Source of the DNA: Candidatus Thermosaccharophagus tengchongensis | GTDB taxonomy: Bacteria; Armatimonadota; Fervidibacteria; Fervidibacterales; Thermosaccharophagaceae | NCBI GenBank assembly: GCA_032161105.1 | Contig: JAVHTD010000007.1 | Reading direction: 5' to 3' (one strand) | Length of the DNA: 64,000 nt | Shown: one piece after another, positions 48,884 through 57,782 of the stretch | Numbering within the stretch: position 1 is the first letter of the stretch | Layout: each line of letters opens with the position of its first letter | The notes under the pieces: generated by a model | Told to the model about the DNA's origin: nothing | What the model saw: only the letters and a program-made list of their open reading frames with translations | The model's database searches: none | Made by a program: the position numbers and the translations under genes

Positions 48884-50197
48884 GTGAGATGTGCATATCT
48901 TGCGTCAGCATTGCTCACTTTTGCGGAGTGCAGCATTGCCCTTGCCTTGCTGTTTGAGGATGTTCGGTTCCATCAGCTTGCAAATGGCGTTCGTGTCATC
49001 CTTGACATTGTCCCGCAAAGTGATCTCACGGCGATTGGCGTGTGCGTTCGCGCTGGCTCAAAGGACGAACCTGAGGATGCTCAAGGTGTGGCGCACTTGG
49101 TTGAACACCTCATCTTTAAGCGTGCGGGCATGAATGGTGGCTCAGGCACCCAACTTGGTGCGTTATGCATGGTAGCTAATGCTGAGACATCGTTTGACTA
49201 TACCGCATTTTATTGCGCCCTTCATCGGGATATGCTTTACAAAGTGCTGAAGTTAATGTGCTCGGCGATTTTCTCCCCAGAATTTGACCAAAGCTCTTTG
49301 GAACTTGAAAAGAAAATTATCAAGCTTGAGCTTGCACAACGCAGTGAGGATCCACTTGAGCTGGCAAAAGCTCTCTCACAGTGGCTGCTTTTTCGGTCAC
49401 ATCCCTATGCTCACCCATTTAGCGATAGCGTTTGGAATGCTGAGCGCCTAACATTAAGCAAAGTGCTTCAATTCCATAGAGCAAACTACCTTCCTCAGAA
49501 CATAACAGTGATATGTAGCGGTTCGTTTGACGAGCTGGCTGTTTTAAGGGAGATTATGGGGACATTTGGGGCTTTTAATCCTCCGTTAGTGAAATTTACC
49601 TCTCCTCCGACTCTGCGAGATACTACTCGGGTGCCGGAGAATTCGCTCATTTTTGGGATTGAAATGCCCTTTAATGCCGTTTCAATGTCATTTCTCGCGC
49701 CGGGGGCAAGTGAACCAGAGGCATTTGTAGCCGGTGAAGTTATAGCCAATTGCATTGGCGACCCGAATGTCGGAGAATTGGCAAGGTTTTTGGAAAAATA
49801 TCCGAAAATTCCCGTGACCAGATTCAGCGTATCCTTTGCCCCAAGAAGAAATCAATCTGCCCTTTCAATAAACTTGCTTTTGAGGGAAGGAAAGCATTCT
49901 GAAGTTGAGAGAGCAGTTCTGGACTTGCTCAATTCATTCAAGAAAAATGGCATAAGTGGTGACGAACTTCTTAAATTTAAACGCTTGACCGAATTGCGTT
50001 TTAGGAAGCGTTGCAGTGATGTCCTCGGAAGAGTCAAAGTGCTTGCGGAAGCCGAGGGAATTGGGACATACAAAATTGCCACTAATTACATCAATTTTAT
50101 TGAAAATTTGAGTAACGAGCAATTCTTGGGCATCTTAAGGCGCATTTTTAGTCCAAACGGTTATGCAGTTGCAGCCATTTGCCAAAAAGCAAGATGA
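48884..50197 (+). CDS. M16 (pitrilysin/insulinase) family metallopeptidase
   Basis: LANGVRV, AGSKDE..GVAHLVEHL (HxxEH), NAETSFDYT, HPY. Confidence 0.85.
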   Translation: MRCAYLASALLTFAECSIALALLFEDVRFHQLANGVRVILDIVPQSDLTAIGVCVRAGSKDEPEDAQGVAHLVEHLIFKRAGMNGGSGTQLGALCMVANAETSFDYTAFYCALHRDMLYKVLKLMCSAIFSPEFDQSSLELEKKIIKLELAQRSEDPLELAKALSQWLLFRSHPYAHPFSDSVWNAERLTLSKVLQFHRANYLPQNITVICSGSFDELAVLREIMGTFGAFNPPLVKFTSPPTLRDTTRVPENSLIFGIEMPFNAVSMSFLAPGASEPEAFVAGEVIANCIGDPNVGELARFLEKYPKIPVTRFSVSFAPRRNQSALSINLLLREGKHSEVERAVLDLLNSFKKNGISGDELLKFKRLTELRFRKRCSDVLGRVKVLAEAEGIGTYKIATNYINFIENLSNEQFLGILRRIFSPNGYAVAAICQKAR

Positions 50198-50300
50198 ATA
50201 TTTTTGGACAAATATTTGCCCCTAAAATTTTACAAATCTCCGTTTTGTGTTCAAATAAAATGCAAAATGTTGAACAAATTCGTGGCTGGGGTGATTGAAA

Positions 50301-51149
50301 ATGGCACGATGGTTAAAGTGCGGGCATTATACGATACCAATTGGGGAGAGAACGCTAATAATGGGCATACTTAATGTCACACCAGATTCATTCTCTGGAG
50401 ATGGTATCTATGGGGATGTTCAAACTGCAGTTGATAAGGCAATGCGCATGGTAGAGGAGGGTGCCGATATCATAGATGTTGGTGGTGAGTCAACTCGTCC
50501 CGGCTCTATCCCTGTGCCAGTTGATGAGGAATTGAGGAGGGTAATCCCGGTAATTGAGCGGCTTGCTGATAAGGTTGAAATTCCAATCTCAATTGACACA
50601 TATAAGCCACAGGTAGCTAAAGCTGCGATTGAGGCTGGTGCATGCATCGTCAACGACATTTATGGCTTGCGCAACAAGGGGTTAAACGAGGGAATGTTGC
50701 AAGTTATAGCCGATTATAAGCCGGCAGTGGTCATAATGCATATGCAAGGGACACCACAAACGATGCAGATAAACCCGAGATATGACGACTGCGTGAGGGA
50801 GATAAAGTCATTTCTTGAAACTCAAGCCAAAAAGGCAATGGAAGTCGGGCTTGAAAGGGAGCAAATCATTATTGACCCCGGGATCGGGTTTGGGAAGCTA
50901 CTTGAGCATAATCTTGAAATATTGCGCCGCTTGAGTGAGTTTAAGGGGCTTGGCTTTCCGGTGCTTGTTGGGACTTCGCGCAAGTCGTTTATAGGACAGG
51001 TGCTCAATTTGCCAGTTGAAAAGCGAATTTGGGGCACTGCTGCATCAGTGGCAGTTGCGATAGCAAATGGTGCTGACATTGTTCGGGTTCACGATGTGGC
51101 GGAAATGGTGCAGGTGGTGAGGGTCGCCGATGCGATTGTTAGGTCTTGA
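50301..51149 (+). CDS. folP: Dihydropteroate synthase
   Basis: MGILNVTPDSFS, GGESTRPG, SIDT, MHMQG, DPGIGFGK, SRKSF, RVHDV. Confidence 0.97.
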   Translation: MARWLKCGHYTIPIGERTLIMGILNVTPDSFSGDGIYGDVQTAVDKAMRMVEEGADIIDVGGESTRPGSIPVPVDEELRRVIPVIERLADKVEIPISIDTYKPQVAKAAIEAGACIVNDIYGLRNKGLNEGMLQVIADYKPAVVIMHMQGTPQTMQINPRYDDCVREIKSFLETQAKKAMEVGLEREQIIIDPGIGFGKLLEHNLEILRRLSEFKGLGFPVLVGTSRKSFIGQVLNLPVEKRIWGTAASVAVAIANGADIVRVHDVAEMVQVVRVADAIVRS

Positions 51150-51186
51150 GCATAATATACGCTACTGTAATGCATTTGAAGAATTT

Positions 51187-51213
51187 TTGGCAATATTTTG
51201 GGAAAGATGCCAA
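51187..51213. promoter_or_regulatory. CIRCE-like inverted repeat upstream of hsp20
   Basis: TTGGCA-N15-TGCCAA (CIRCE geometry is TTAGCA-N15-TGCTAA); TTAGCATT half-site at 51237 and TATAAT at 51258. Confidence 0.45.
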
Positions 51214-51313
51214 AATTTGTGCATACATGGAGATGTTTAGCATTTCATTGTCATGGGTATAATGGTAATGGCGCTTGCACCTTCACAAACCTCAGGCTGA
51301 GGAGGTGATTGAG

Positions 51314-51760
51314 ATGGCGAGGCGGATAACTGACATAGTGAGACTCTCCAACAGGATTGACCGGATGATTGACCGCTTGTTTGGACATTGGCTTGATAGA
51401 TGGTTGGAGATGGCACCCGAATTAGAGCTTGAGCATGTGCCACCCCTTGACCTTGCGGAGACAGACGATTCATACATTGCAAGGGTTGAAATACCCGGCG
51501 TCCGCAAGGACGACATTGAAGTCACCCTTCGAGGCAGGCGCCTGATAATACGAGGGAAGAAGCAGCGCGAGGAGCGTGAGGAGGGAGAGGGACTTATCCG
51601 AGTTGAGCGCTACCATGGCGAGTTCAGGAGGATAGTTACACTGCCCAGCGAAGTAGATGCTGATAATGCAAGTGCAACATACAAAGATGGTGTTCTTGAG
51701 ATCCGGTTGCCAAAAATTGAGAAGGAAAAAGGGAAGCGCATAGAGATAAAGGCGGTGTAA
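51314..51760 (+). CDS. Hsp20/alpha-crystallin small heat-shock protein
   Basis: PPLDLAET, EIPGV, ERYHGEFRR, ATYKDGVLEIRLPK; SD GGAGGTGA. Confidence 0.95.
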   Translation: MARRITDIVRLSNRIDRMIDRLFGHWLDRWLEMAPELELEHVPPLDLAETDDSYIARVEIPGVRKDDIEVTLRGRRLIIRGKKQREEREEGEGLIRVERYHGEFRRIVTLPSEVDADNASATYKDGVLEIRLPKIEKEKGKRIEIKAV

Positions 51761-51774
51761 GGGCGCATGCGGCA

Positions 51775-51805
51775 TGCGTCCCCGCCAATCCTTGGCGGGG
51801 ACGCA
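51775..51805. other. Perfect 14-bp hairpin between the two hsp20 genes
   Basis: TGCGTCCCCGCCAA-TCC-TTGGCGGGGACGCA, followed by an A-rich rather than U-rich tail. Confidence 0.7.
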
Positions 51806-51865
51806 AAAACAAAACTAAGGCACACAATCGTGAATTCCTGACGCTGAGGCAAGGAGGTGAGGCAT

Positions 51866-52309
51866 ATGGAGATTAGGCGCTGGAGACCATTCGCAGAACT
51901 TGAGAATCTCAGGCGAGAGTTTGACCGCATCTTCCGTGAGGCATTCAGGGAATTCTGGGGTGAGGAGCCGATAAGGCGCGGCGCTTGGGTGCCACCGGTG
52001 GATGTATGTGAGACCGAAAACGAGGTTATTGTGGCAGTAGAGTTGCCCGGGGTCAAAAAGGACGATGTCACAATTGAGTTGACGGATGATGTGCTCACGA
52101 TTCGCGGGAAGAGGGAGCGTGAGCAAAGAGAAGGCGAGACCTATCACCTTATTGAGAGGGCATATGGTGAATTTGAGCGCCGCTTCAGCCTCGGCGTGCC
52201 AATTGACCGTGAACGCGTTGAGGCGGTTTTCAAGGACGGAGTGTTGACGATAAGGTTGCCGAAGGCTGAAGAGGTGCGCCCGCGCCGCGTGGAAATCAAG
52301 GTTGAGTAA
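51866..52309 (+). CDS. Hsp20/alpha-crystallin small heat-shock protein
   Basis: WVPPVDVCE, ELPGV, ERAYGEFER, AVFKDGVLTIRLPK; SD AAGGAGGTGA. Confidence 0.95.
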   Translation: MEIRRWRPFAELENLRREFDRIFREAFREFWGEEPIRRGAWVPPVDVCETENEVIVAVELPGVKKDDVTIELTDDVLTIRGKREREQREGETYHLIERAYGEFERRFSLGVPIDRERVEAVFKDGVLTIRLPKAEEVRPRRVEIKVE

Positions 52310-52351
52310 GCGAGGTTTAACCGATATTGCCTGAATGCCTCACGGAGTGCA

Positions 52352-52381
52352 AAGGGGGCATGCCATCTGGCATGCCCCCTT
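52352..52381. terminator. Bidirectional terminator-like hairpin between convergent hsp20 and secF
   Basis: AAGGGGGCATGCC-ATCT-GGCATGCCCCCTT. Confidence 0.7.
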
Positions 52382-52438
52382 CTCATATGATGCCAATCAT
52401 CGGCATGGATGCACACGCCGCCATGAAGAAAATTCCAA

Positions 52439-53590
52439 TTAATGCCTCCTTTTCTTCCTCTTTTTCCTCCTCCTCTTGGCGTGCTGTGCAGTTAAAAGCG
52501 CATCCAGCGATGGTGATGTGGATACGGCGATTGGTGCTGTTTCACCGCCCTCTTCATCCGGTGTGGAAGATGGCTGTGCTGCCTGAACTGGTTGAGGTGG
52601 TGTGGCAGATGGTTTTACAGCTGGGCGAACGACTTTAGCCACCTCTTTACCCAGCAACCTGCGCAAGATGATGACCACAGGCGTAGCTATAAAAATGGAC
52701 GAATATCCTCCGGAAGTGATGCCAATTAACAATGGGAGCGCAAAATCCCTTGCGGCAATCCCGCCAAAGAGAAGTATCACCCAGAGCGGGAATTCGGTGG
52801 TTAAGAGTGTGTTTATGCAGCGAGCCATCGTCTCAATTATGCTGAGGTTGGCTACCTCGTAAAATGTCCATTCCCTGTATCGCTTCATATTTTCGCGAAT
52901 CCGGTCAAAAATTATGACAGTGTCGTTGACTGAGTAACCGACAACGGTGAGCAGAACTGCAACGAATGGGCTGTTGATCATGATATGTGTGAAGGAGACA
53001 AAAGCAAGCACTGCAAGGACATCATGAATTAGCGCAATTATGGCGGCTATAGCGAAAATTGGGTCATAACGCACCCAGATGTAGATGAGTATTCCGAGCA
53101 AGCCAAGCACAGTTGCCTTAATTGCATTGGATTTCAACTCACGCCCGATGACCGGTCCGATCATCTCCATGCTCTCTTGCCTGACTCCCTTGAACATCCG
53201 CTCCATGACACGGTTGACAGTTTGCTCATGTTCTTTTGCTTGCTCCTCGTCTTTTGCCTGCGTGCGAATAGAAATTACATCGCCCTCCGAAACTTGGATA
53301 ACTGTGCCATGCAAGCCCGCTTTGGCGAGTTCGGAGCGTATTTTTGCAGAGAGCCTCCTCTCTGCAGCAGCACCAATGGCTACTTTCCCGGGCAATTTGT
53401 AGGTAAATTCGGCACCGCCGGTGAAGTCCAAGCCGAAGTTTATCCATCCCGGAGTTAGCCCATGTGTCCACTGTGGCGGTATCATCCCAACAATGCCAAG
53501 AAGCATAACAATTCCACCGATTGTAAGCCATAGGCTGCTTTTCCCGGCAATGTCAATCCTTAGCGCAACTGACGCCTCTCTCCCCTTCAT
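52439..53590 (-). CDS. secF: Protein translocase subunit SecF
   Basis: FGLDFTGG, IGPVIGREL, ALIHDV, GYSVNDTVIIFDRIRE, GYSSIFIA. Confidence 0.96.
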   Translation of the reverse strand: MKGREASVALRIDIAGKSSLWLTIGGIVMLLGIVGMIPPQWTHGLTPGWINFGLDFTGGAEFTYKLPGKVAIGAAAERRLSAKIRSELAKAGLHGTVIQVSEGDVISIRTQAKDEEQAKEHEQTVNRVMERMFKGVRQESMEMIGPVIGRELKSNAIKATVLGLLGILIYIWVRYDPIFAIAAIIALIHDVLAVLAFVSFTHIMINSPFVAVLLTVVGYSVNDTVIIFDRIRENMKRYREWTFYEVANLSIIETMARCINTLLTTEFPLWVILLFGGIAARDFALPLLIGITSGGYSSIFIATPVVIILRRLLGKEVAKVVRPAVKPSATPPQPVQAAQPSSTPDEEGGETAPIAVSTSPSLDALLTAQHAKRRRKKRKKRRH

Positions 53591-53620
53591 GATGAGGTTT
53601 TCCCTCCTATCATCATGTGC

Positions 53621-55585
53621 TTAAGACTTGCTTCGGGCAACTTCATCAAGTCTTAAGACTTTTCTCACCCTTGGGTTGTCGGCTATAGTCAGGAACAAGT
53701 CACTCCTTTTTGCAGCGGATGTGTATGTGGCGCCTTCAAGCATTGCCTTAGTTGCAACAATGGCGCTAAACATGCTCGCAGCCACGCCTATGCCAAGCGT
53801 CAGCGCGAAGCCTTTCACAGGTCCAGTGCCAAAGTTATACAGAAAAACGCACGCAATCAATGTCGTCACATTGGCATCAAGGATGGCAGTCCATGCCCTA
53901 TTAAATGCCACTTCAATCGCTGTGTGCAGTGTCCTTCCGGAGCGTAACTCCTCTTTCAGGCGCTCAAAAATGATGATGTTAGCATCAACAGCCATCCCAA
54001 GTGAGAGTAGGAAGCCGATTACACCGGGCAATGTTAATGTGGGTCGCCAACCGGCTATCGGCGCCGAGAATGCCGCAAGTATTAGCAGCCCGTAGAGCCC
54101 TAAGGCAATACAGGCAATCATCCCCGGAAGCCTGTAGTAAGCGACCATGAAAACCACGATCATGATTAGCCCGAGCACCCCAGCAATTGTTGACTTGTGA
54201 ATGACATCCCTTCCGAGAGTTGGAGATACAGTCCGATTCCACACGACTGACACGGGCACAGGTAACGAACCAGCATCAAGGAGCACTTTCAAATTGCGCG
54301 CCTCCTCAAATGTGAATCTGCCGGTGATAATGCCGTGAGTGCTTATTCGGTCTCGTATGACCGGTGCGCTGATGCATTCTCTGTCAAACCATATCGCCAA
54401 ATGCCTCCCGATGTTCCTTCCCGTCTCATATGCGAACTTCTTTGAGCTTGCCTTTTGCAAGGTGAACGCAACAGCTGGGCGATTCATCTCATCGTATGTG
54501 ACTCTGCAAGGCGGTTTTAAGTCCTTGCCGGTTATCACGGTTCTTGACTCAAGGTAAACCTGCATTGGCGGTATCGTCTTACCCTGCTCATCCCTGAAGA
54601 CGGTTTTACCGCCCTCTTCGCTCACCTTGTATTTCGTCGGGACAAGTTTCAGTTCAAGGACAGCAGTCCGCCCTATGAGCTTTATTGCCTCAGCGGCGTG
54701 CCTCACCCCCGGAAGCTCAACAACTACCTTATCCTCGCCATGCCTGTAAATCTGCGCCTCTGCAACACCGTATCTGTCAATGCGCCTTCGTATAATCTCA
54801 ATCACCGTGTCAACGACATCGGGCGAGAACGGATATAACTTCGGCTTAGCAGCTTCTCTCACATCACCAAGCACTTGCCTCAGTGCCGCTCCAATTAACC
54901 TTTCTTGGCGGTTTAACTCGCTTTTGCTTTTGGCTTGCGTCAGCACTGTTATGAACTGACCAGTTGCCTCATCAATTGCGAGCTCAAACTCATCAAGTCC
55001 CTTTTCCCTGAGAGCCGCAATTAGCTTGTGGCGGACCGGTATGCGCTTCTCTGGCTCCTTACCTATTGGTTGCGCAAGCTTGTATTGGAACTCAGCGCGC
55101 TTGCATTGAAGGACAACCCTTGCACCACCTTGAAGGTCAAGTCCGAGATTCAGTTTTGGCTTGGGCACAAGTATGTTAACCACACCGAGTTTGAGGAGTG
55201 GGCGCATACCGACTTCCCTTTGGCTGCCCTCAATCAAATGCGCCTTGGGAAATTTCTTCTCCATGAGCTTCAGGATGCGCTCACGCATCTTCAACGCACC
55301 GCCTTTGCTTTCAGCCTCTCCCCTCACTACAAGGATATGCTCGCCAACGAGTTCGGCATCCGTCATCTCAAGCTTCGCATTCATGAGCGCATCCTCAACG
55401 GCTTGGTCAAATGCCTGTCCCTTCGGAGCAAGCTTTGACGCCGGCTCTTCAAGCTCAAAACGCATCGTCAGCTCAACCCTGTATTCCTCAACATGCCCAA
55501 TGCGTATTGGGCGGAAGGAGATGAAGAAGGCAGCGAGCACCACACCGGCAACGAGCGCAAGCCGTTGCTTAACCCTCCTCGGCAT
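53621..55585 (-). CDS. secD: Protein translocase subunit SecD
   Basis: LGLDLQGG, RRIDRYGVAE, AGSLP, VSPTLG, GMAVDANIIIFERLKEE, GPVKGFA; ATG 55585 after GAGGTGA. Confidence 0.96.
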   Translation of the reverse strand: MPRRVKQRLALVAGVVLAAFFISFRPIRIGHVEEYRVELTMRFELEEPASKLAPKGQAFDQAVEDALMNAKLEMTDAELVGEHILVVRGEAESKGGALKMRERILKLMEKKFPKAHLIEGSQREVGMRPLLKLGVVNILVPKPKLNLGLDLQGGARVVLQCKRAEFQYKLAQPIGKEPEKRIPVRHKLIAALREKGLDEFELAIDEATGQFITVLTQAKSKSELNRQERLIGAALRQVLGDVREAAKPKLYPFSPDVVDTVIEIIRRRIDRYGVAEAQIYRHGEDKVVVELPGVRHAAEAIKLIGRTAVLELKLVPTKYKVSEEGGKTVFRDEQGKTIPPMQVYLESRTVITGKDLKPPCRVTYDEMNRPAVAFTLQKASSKKFAYETGRNIGRHLAIWFDRECISAPVIRDRISTHGIITGRFTFEEARNLKVLLDAGSLPVPVSVVWNRTVSPTLGRDVIHKSTIAGVLGLIMIVVFMVAYYRLPGMIACIALGLYGLLILAAFSAPIAGWRPTLTLPGVIGFLLSLGMAVDANIIIFERLKEELRSGRTLHTAIEVAFNRAWTAILDANVTTLIACVFLYNFGTGPVKGFALTLGIGVAASMFSAIVATKAMLEGATYTSAAKRSDLFLTIADNPRVRKVLRLDEVARSKS

Positions 55586-55868
55586 AAGTGCTTCACCTCG
55601 GTTGTTCATGTTGTAGCTTTATCGCCAATTGCATCATCATAAATCTCATGGCGGGGGTAAGCCAACTTGCGGGTTGGTCACCCACAGTTCACGCCGATCA
55701 TGCCAATCCAATCTCACATCTGGCGGCGTCATCAAAATCATCATGCTGGGCAAACTTGTGTCGGCGTAAAACCACCTACATTGTAGCGCGCAATATTTCA
55801 CTGAGGTTTCTCCTGCTGGCGGTGACGGCGACTAATTGAGATTGATTGAGTGAGGAGTGGAGTGGGAT

Positions 55869-57008
55869 ATGAGTCAAGTGAGCAATCGCATGCTTGATGA
55901 AAGCGAGAATGGCGAGGATGTTCACTGGATGCGTTTAGCCATCAAGCTTGCGAGGAGGATGAAGGGGCAAACATCACCCAATCCGTGCGTTGGTGCTGTG
56001 CTGGTGAAAGAAGGGAGATTGATTTCCAGCGGTTATCACGAGGGCGCTGGCACGCCGCATGCCGAAGTGGTGGCGCTCAAGAATGCCGGGGAGAATGCGA
56101 AGGGTTGCACACTTTATGTCACGCTTGAACCATGCTGCCACTACGGGCGCACGCCACCGTGCACGGATGCAATAATAGCTGCGGGCGTAAAGCGAGTTGT
56201 GGCTGCAACGCTTGACCCAAATCCATTGGTTAATGGGAATGGCGTAAGGAAGCTGCTTGAAGCCGGAATTGAGGTCAAAGTTGGCGTCGTTGAAGATGAG
56301 GCAAAGAAGCTCATTGAGGACTTCGCAAAATACATCGCAACAAAGGTCCCATTTGTCACGCTCAAGCTTGCATCAAGCCTTGACGGGAAGATTGCCACAA
56401 AGCTCGGTGAGTCTCGTTGGATAACATCAGAGCGGTCAAGACGCATTGCACAAAAGCTGCGAAGAGAGCACGCTGCTGTTCTGGTCGGAATCAACACAGT
56501 GTTAGCCGATGACCCACTCCTTCTGGTCAGGTCTAAAGGTGTTCGCCGCCAGCCAATACGGGTTGTCGTGGACAGCAAAGCGAGGCTGCCAACATCAAGT
56601 GCGCTGTGCAGGACGCTGAGTCAAGCGCCACTGTGGCTCGCCACAACGAAGCATGCCGACGCTGAGCGATTAGCTGAGCTTGAAACTCTGGGTGTGCGCA
56701 CGCTCATCGTGGACGATGCCAATGGGAGGGTTGATTTGAGGAGCCTGATGAGGAAACTTGGTGAGCTTGAGGTCATGAGCGTGCTGATTGAGGGAGGCGG
56801 CGAAATAGCTTGGTCGGCGTTGAAGGATGGCATAGTTGATAGGGTTGTGTGGTTCATAGCGCCGATGATCATTGGCGGTAGGGATGCAAAGGATGCGGTT
56901 GCCGGTGAGGGCGTTGAGAGGCTCTCAGAGGCTTTCAAGCTGTGCGATATCAAGGTGAGGCGCATTGGCAGCGACCTGATGATTGAAGGCAGATTGCATC
57001 GCGGCTGA
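55869..57008 (+). CDS. ribD: Riboflavin biosynthesis deaminase/reductase
   Basis: PNPCVG, HAE, TLEPCCHYGRTPPC, SLDGKIA, EGGG. Confidence 0.97.
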   Translation: MSQVSNRMLDESENGEDVHWMRLAIKLARRMKGQTSPNPCVGAVLVKEGRLISSGYHEGAGTPHAEVVALKNAGENAKGCTLYVTLEPCCHYGRTPPCTDAIIAAGVKRVVAATLDPNPLVNGNGVRKLLEAGIEVKVGVVEDEAKKLIEDFAKYIATKVPFVTLKLASSLDGKIATKLGESRWITSERSRRIAQKLRREHAAVLVGINTVLADDPLLLVRSKGVRRQPIRVVVDSKARLPTSSALCRTLSQAPLWLATTKHADAERLAELETLGVRTLIVDDANGRVDLRSLMRKLGELEVMSVLIEGGGEIAWSALKDGIVDRVVWFIAPMIIGGRDAKDAVAGEGVERLSEAFKLCDIKVRRIGSDLMIEGRLHRG

Positions 57009-57084
57009 GCGGGCAAAACATTGCGTGCCGAATCATTGGCAGCTTGCTAACGGTATGCAAACTTCATCCGGGGGTAGTTGGAAA

Positions 57085-57750
57085 ATGTTTACGGGCATAG
57101 TTGAGGAAGTTGGGCAAGTCGTAGCAGTTGAGCGCATGGGTGGTGGCGCGAGACTCACCATCTCGGCTTCGGTTGTGATGGATGACTTGAAGGTTGGCGA
57201 CAGCATATGCGTCAACGGGGCTTGCCTGACGGTCACACGGAGGTCCGCATCGCGCTTCCAAGTTGATGTGATGGAGGAAACCATGCTCCGCACTAACCTC
57301 GCTTTCCTGAGGGTGGGCGATAAGGTCAACTTGGAAAGGGCTCTTAAAGCCACTGATAGGTTGGGTGGGCATTTTGTTCAAGGGCATGTTGATGGCACTG
57401 GAGTTATAGCTGGCATACAGCGGATGCATCGCTCATGGGTGATGAAGATAAACTGTGATGAAGCATTGACGCGCTTCATGGTCCCAAAGGGGTCGGTGGC
57501 TGTTGATGGAGTTAGCTTGACGACGGTGGATTGCGGCAGTGGTTGGTTCACAGTCGCATTGATACCGCACACGCTGAGTGCAACGACGCTCGGAATGAGG
57601 CGCGTTGGCGATGTGGTCAACATTGAAGTTGACCTGCTTGCAAAATACCTGCACAAGCTGCTGCAATCGCACTTAGCGCTGCAAATGCAAAAGGGCAGTG
57701 AAAGGCTCATTGAGTTGCTTGGTGATTCACCACCTCACATTCGCCAGTAA
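57085..57750 (+). CDS. ribE: Riboflavin synthase
   Basis: MFTGIVEE, GDSICVNGACLT, VNLERA, GGHFVQGHVDG, VNIEVD. Confidence 0.96.
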   Translation: MFTGIVEEVGQVVAVERMGGGARLTISASVVMDDLKVGDSICVNGACLTVTRRSASRFQVDVMEETMLRTNLAFLRVGDKVNLERALKATDRLGGHFVQGHVDGTGVIAGIQRMHRSWVMKINCDEALTRFMVPKGSVAVDGVSLTTVDCGSGWFTVALIPHTLSATTLGMRRVGDVVNIEVDLLAKYLHKLLQSHLALQMQKGSERLIELLGDSPPHIRQ

Positions 57751-57782
57751 ACTGCAGGACGATGATTGGAAGGTGATGGCGC

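Noticed and set aside
52439..52490. Polybasic SecF tail (KRRRKKRKKRRH)
   Set aside because: Low-complexity basic tails occur in other SecF proteins; no specific function can be argued from sequence
55610..55868. FMN riboswitch or NrdR box upstream of ribD
   Set aside because: FMN core motifs (AGGGTGAAATTCCC, AGTCCGGATG) are absent; CTACATTGTAG has the wrong symmetry for NrdR
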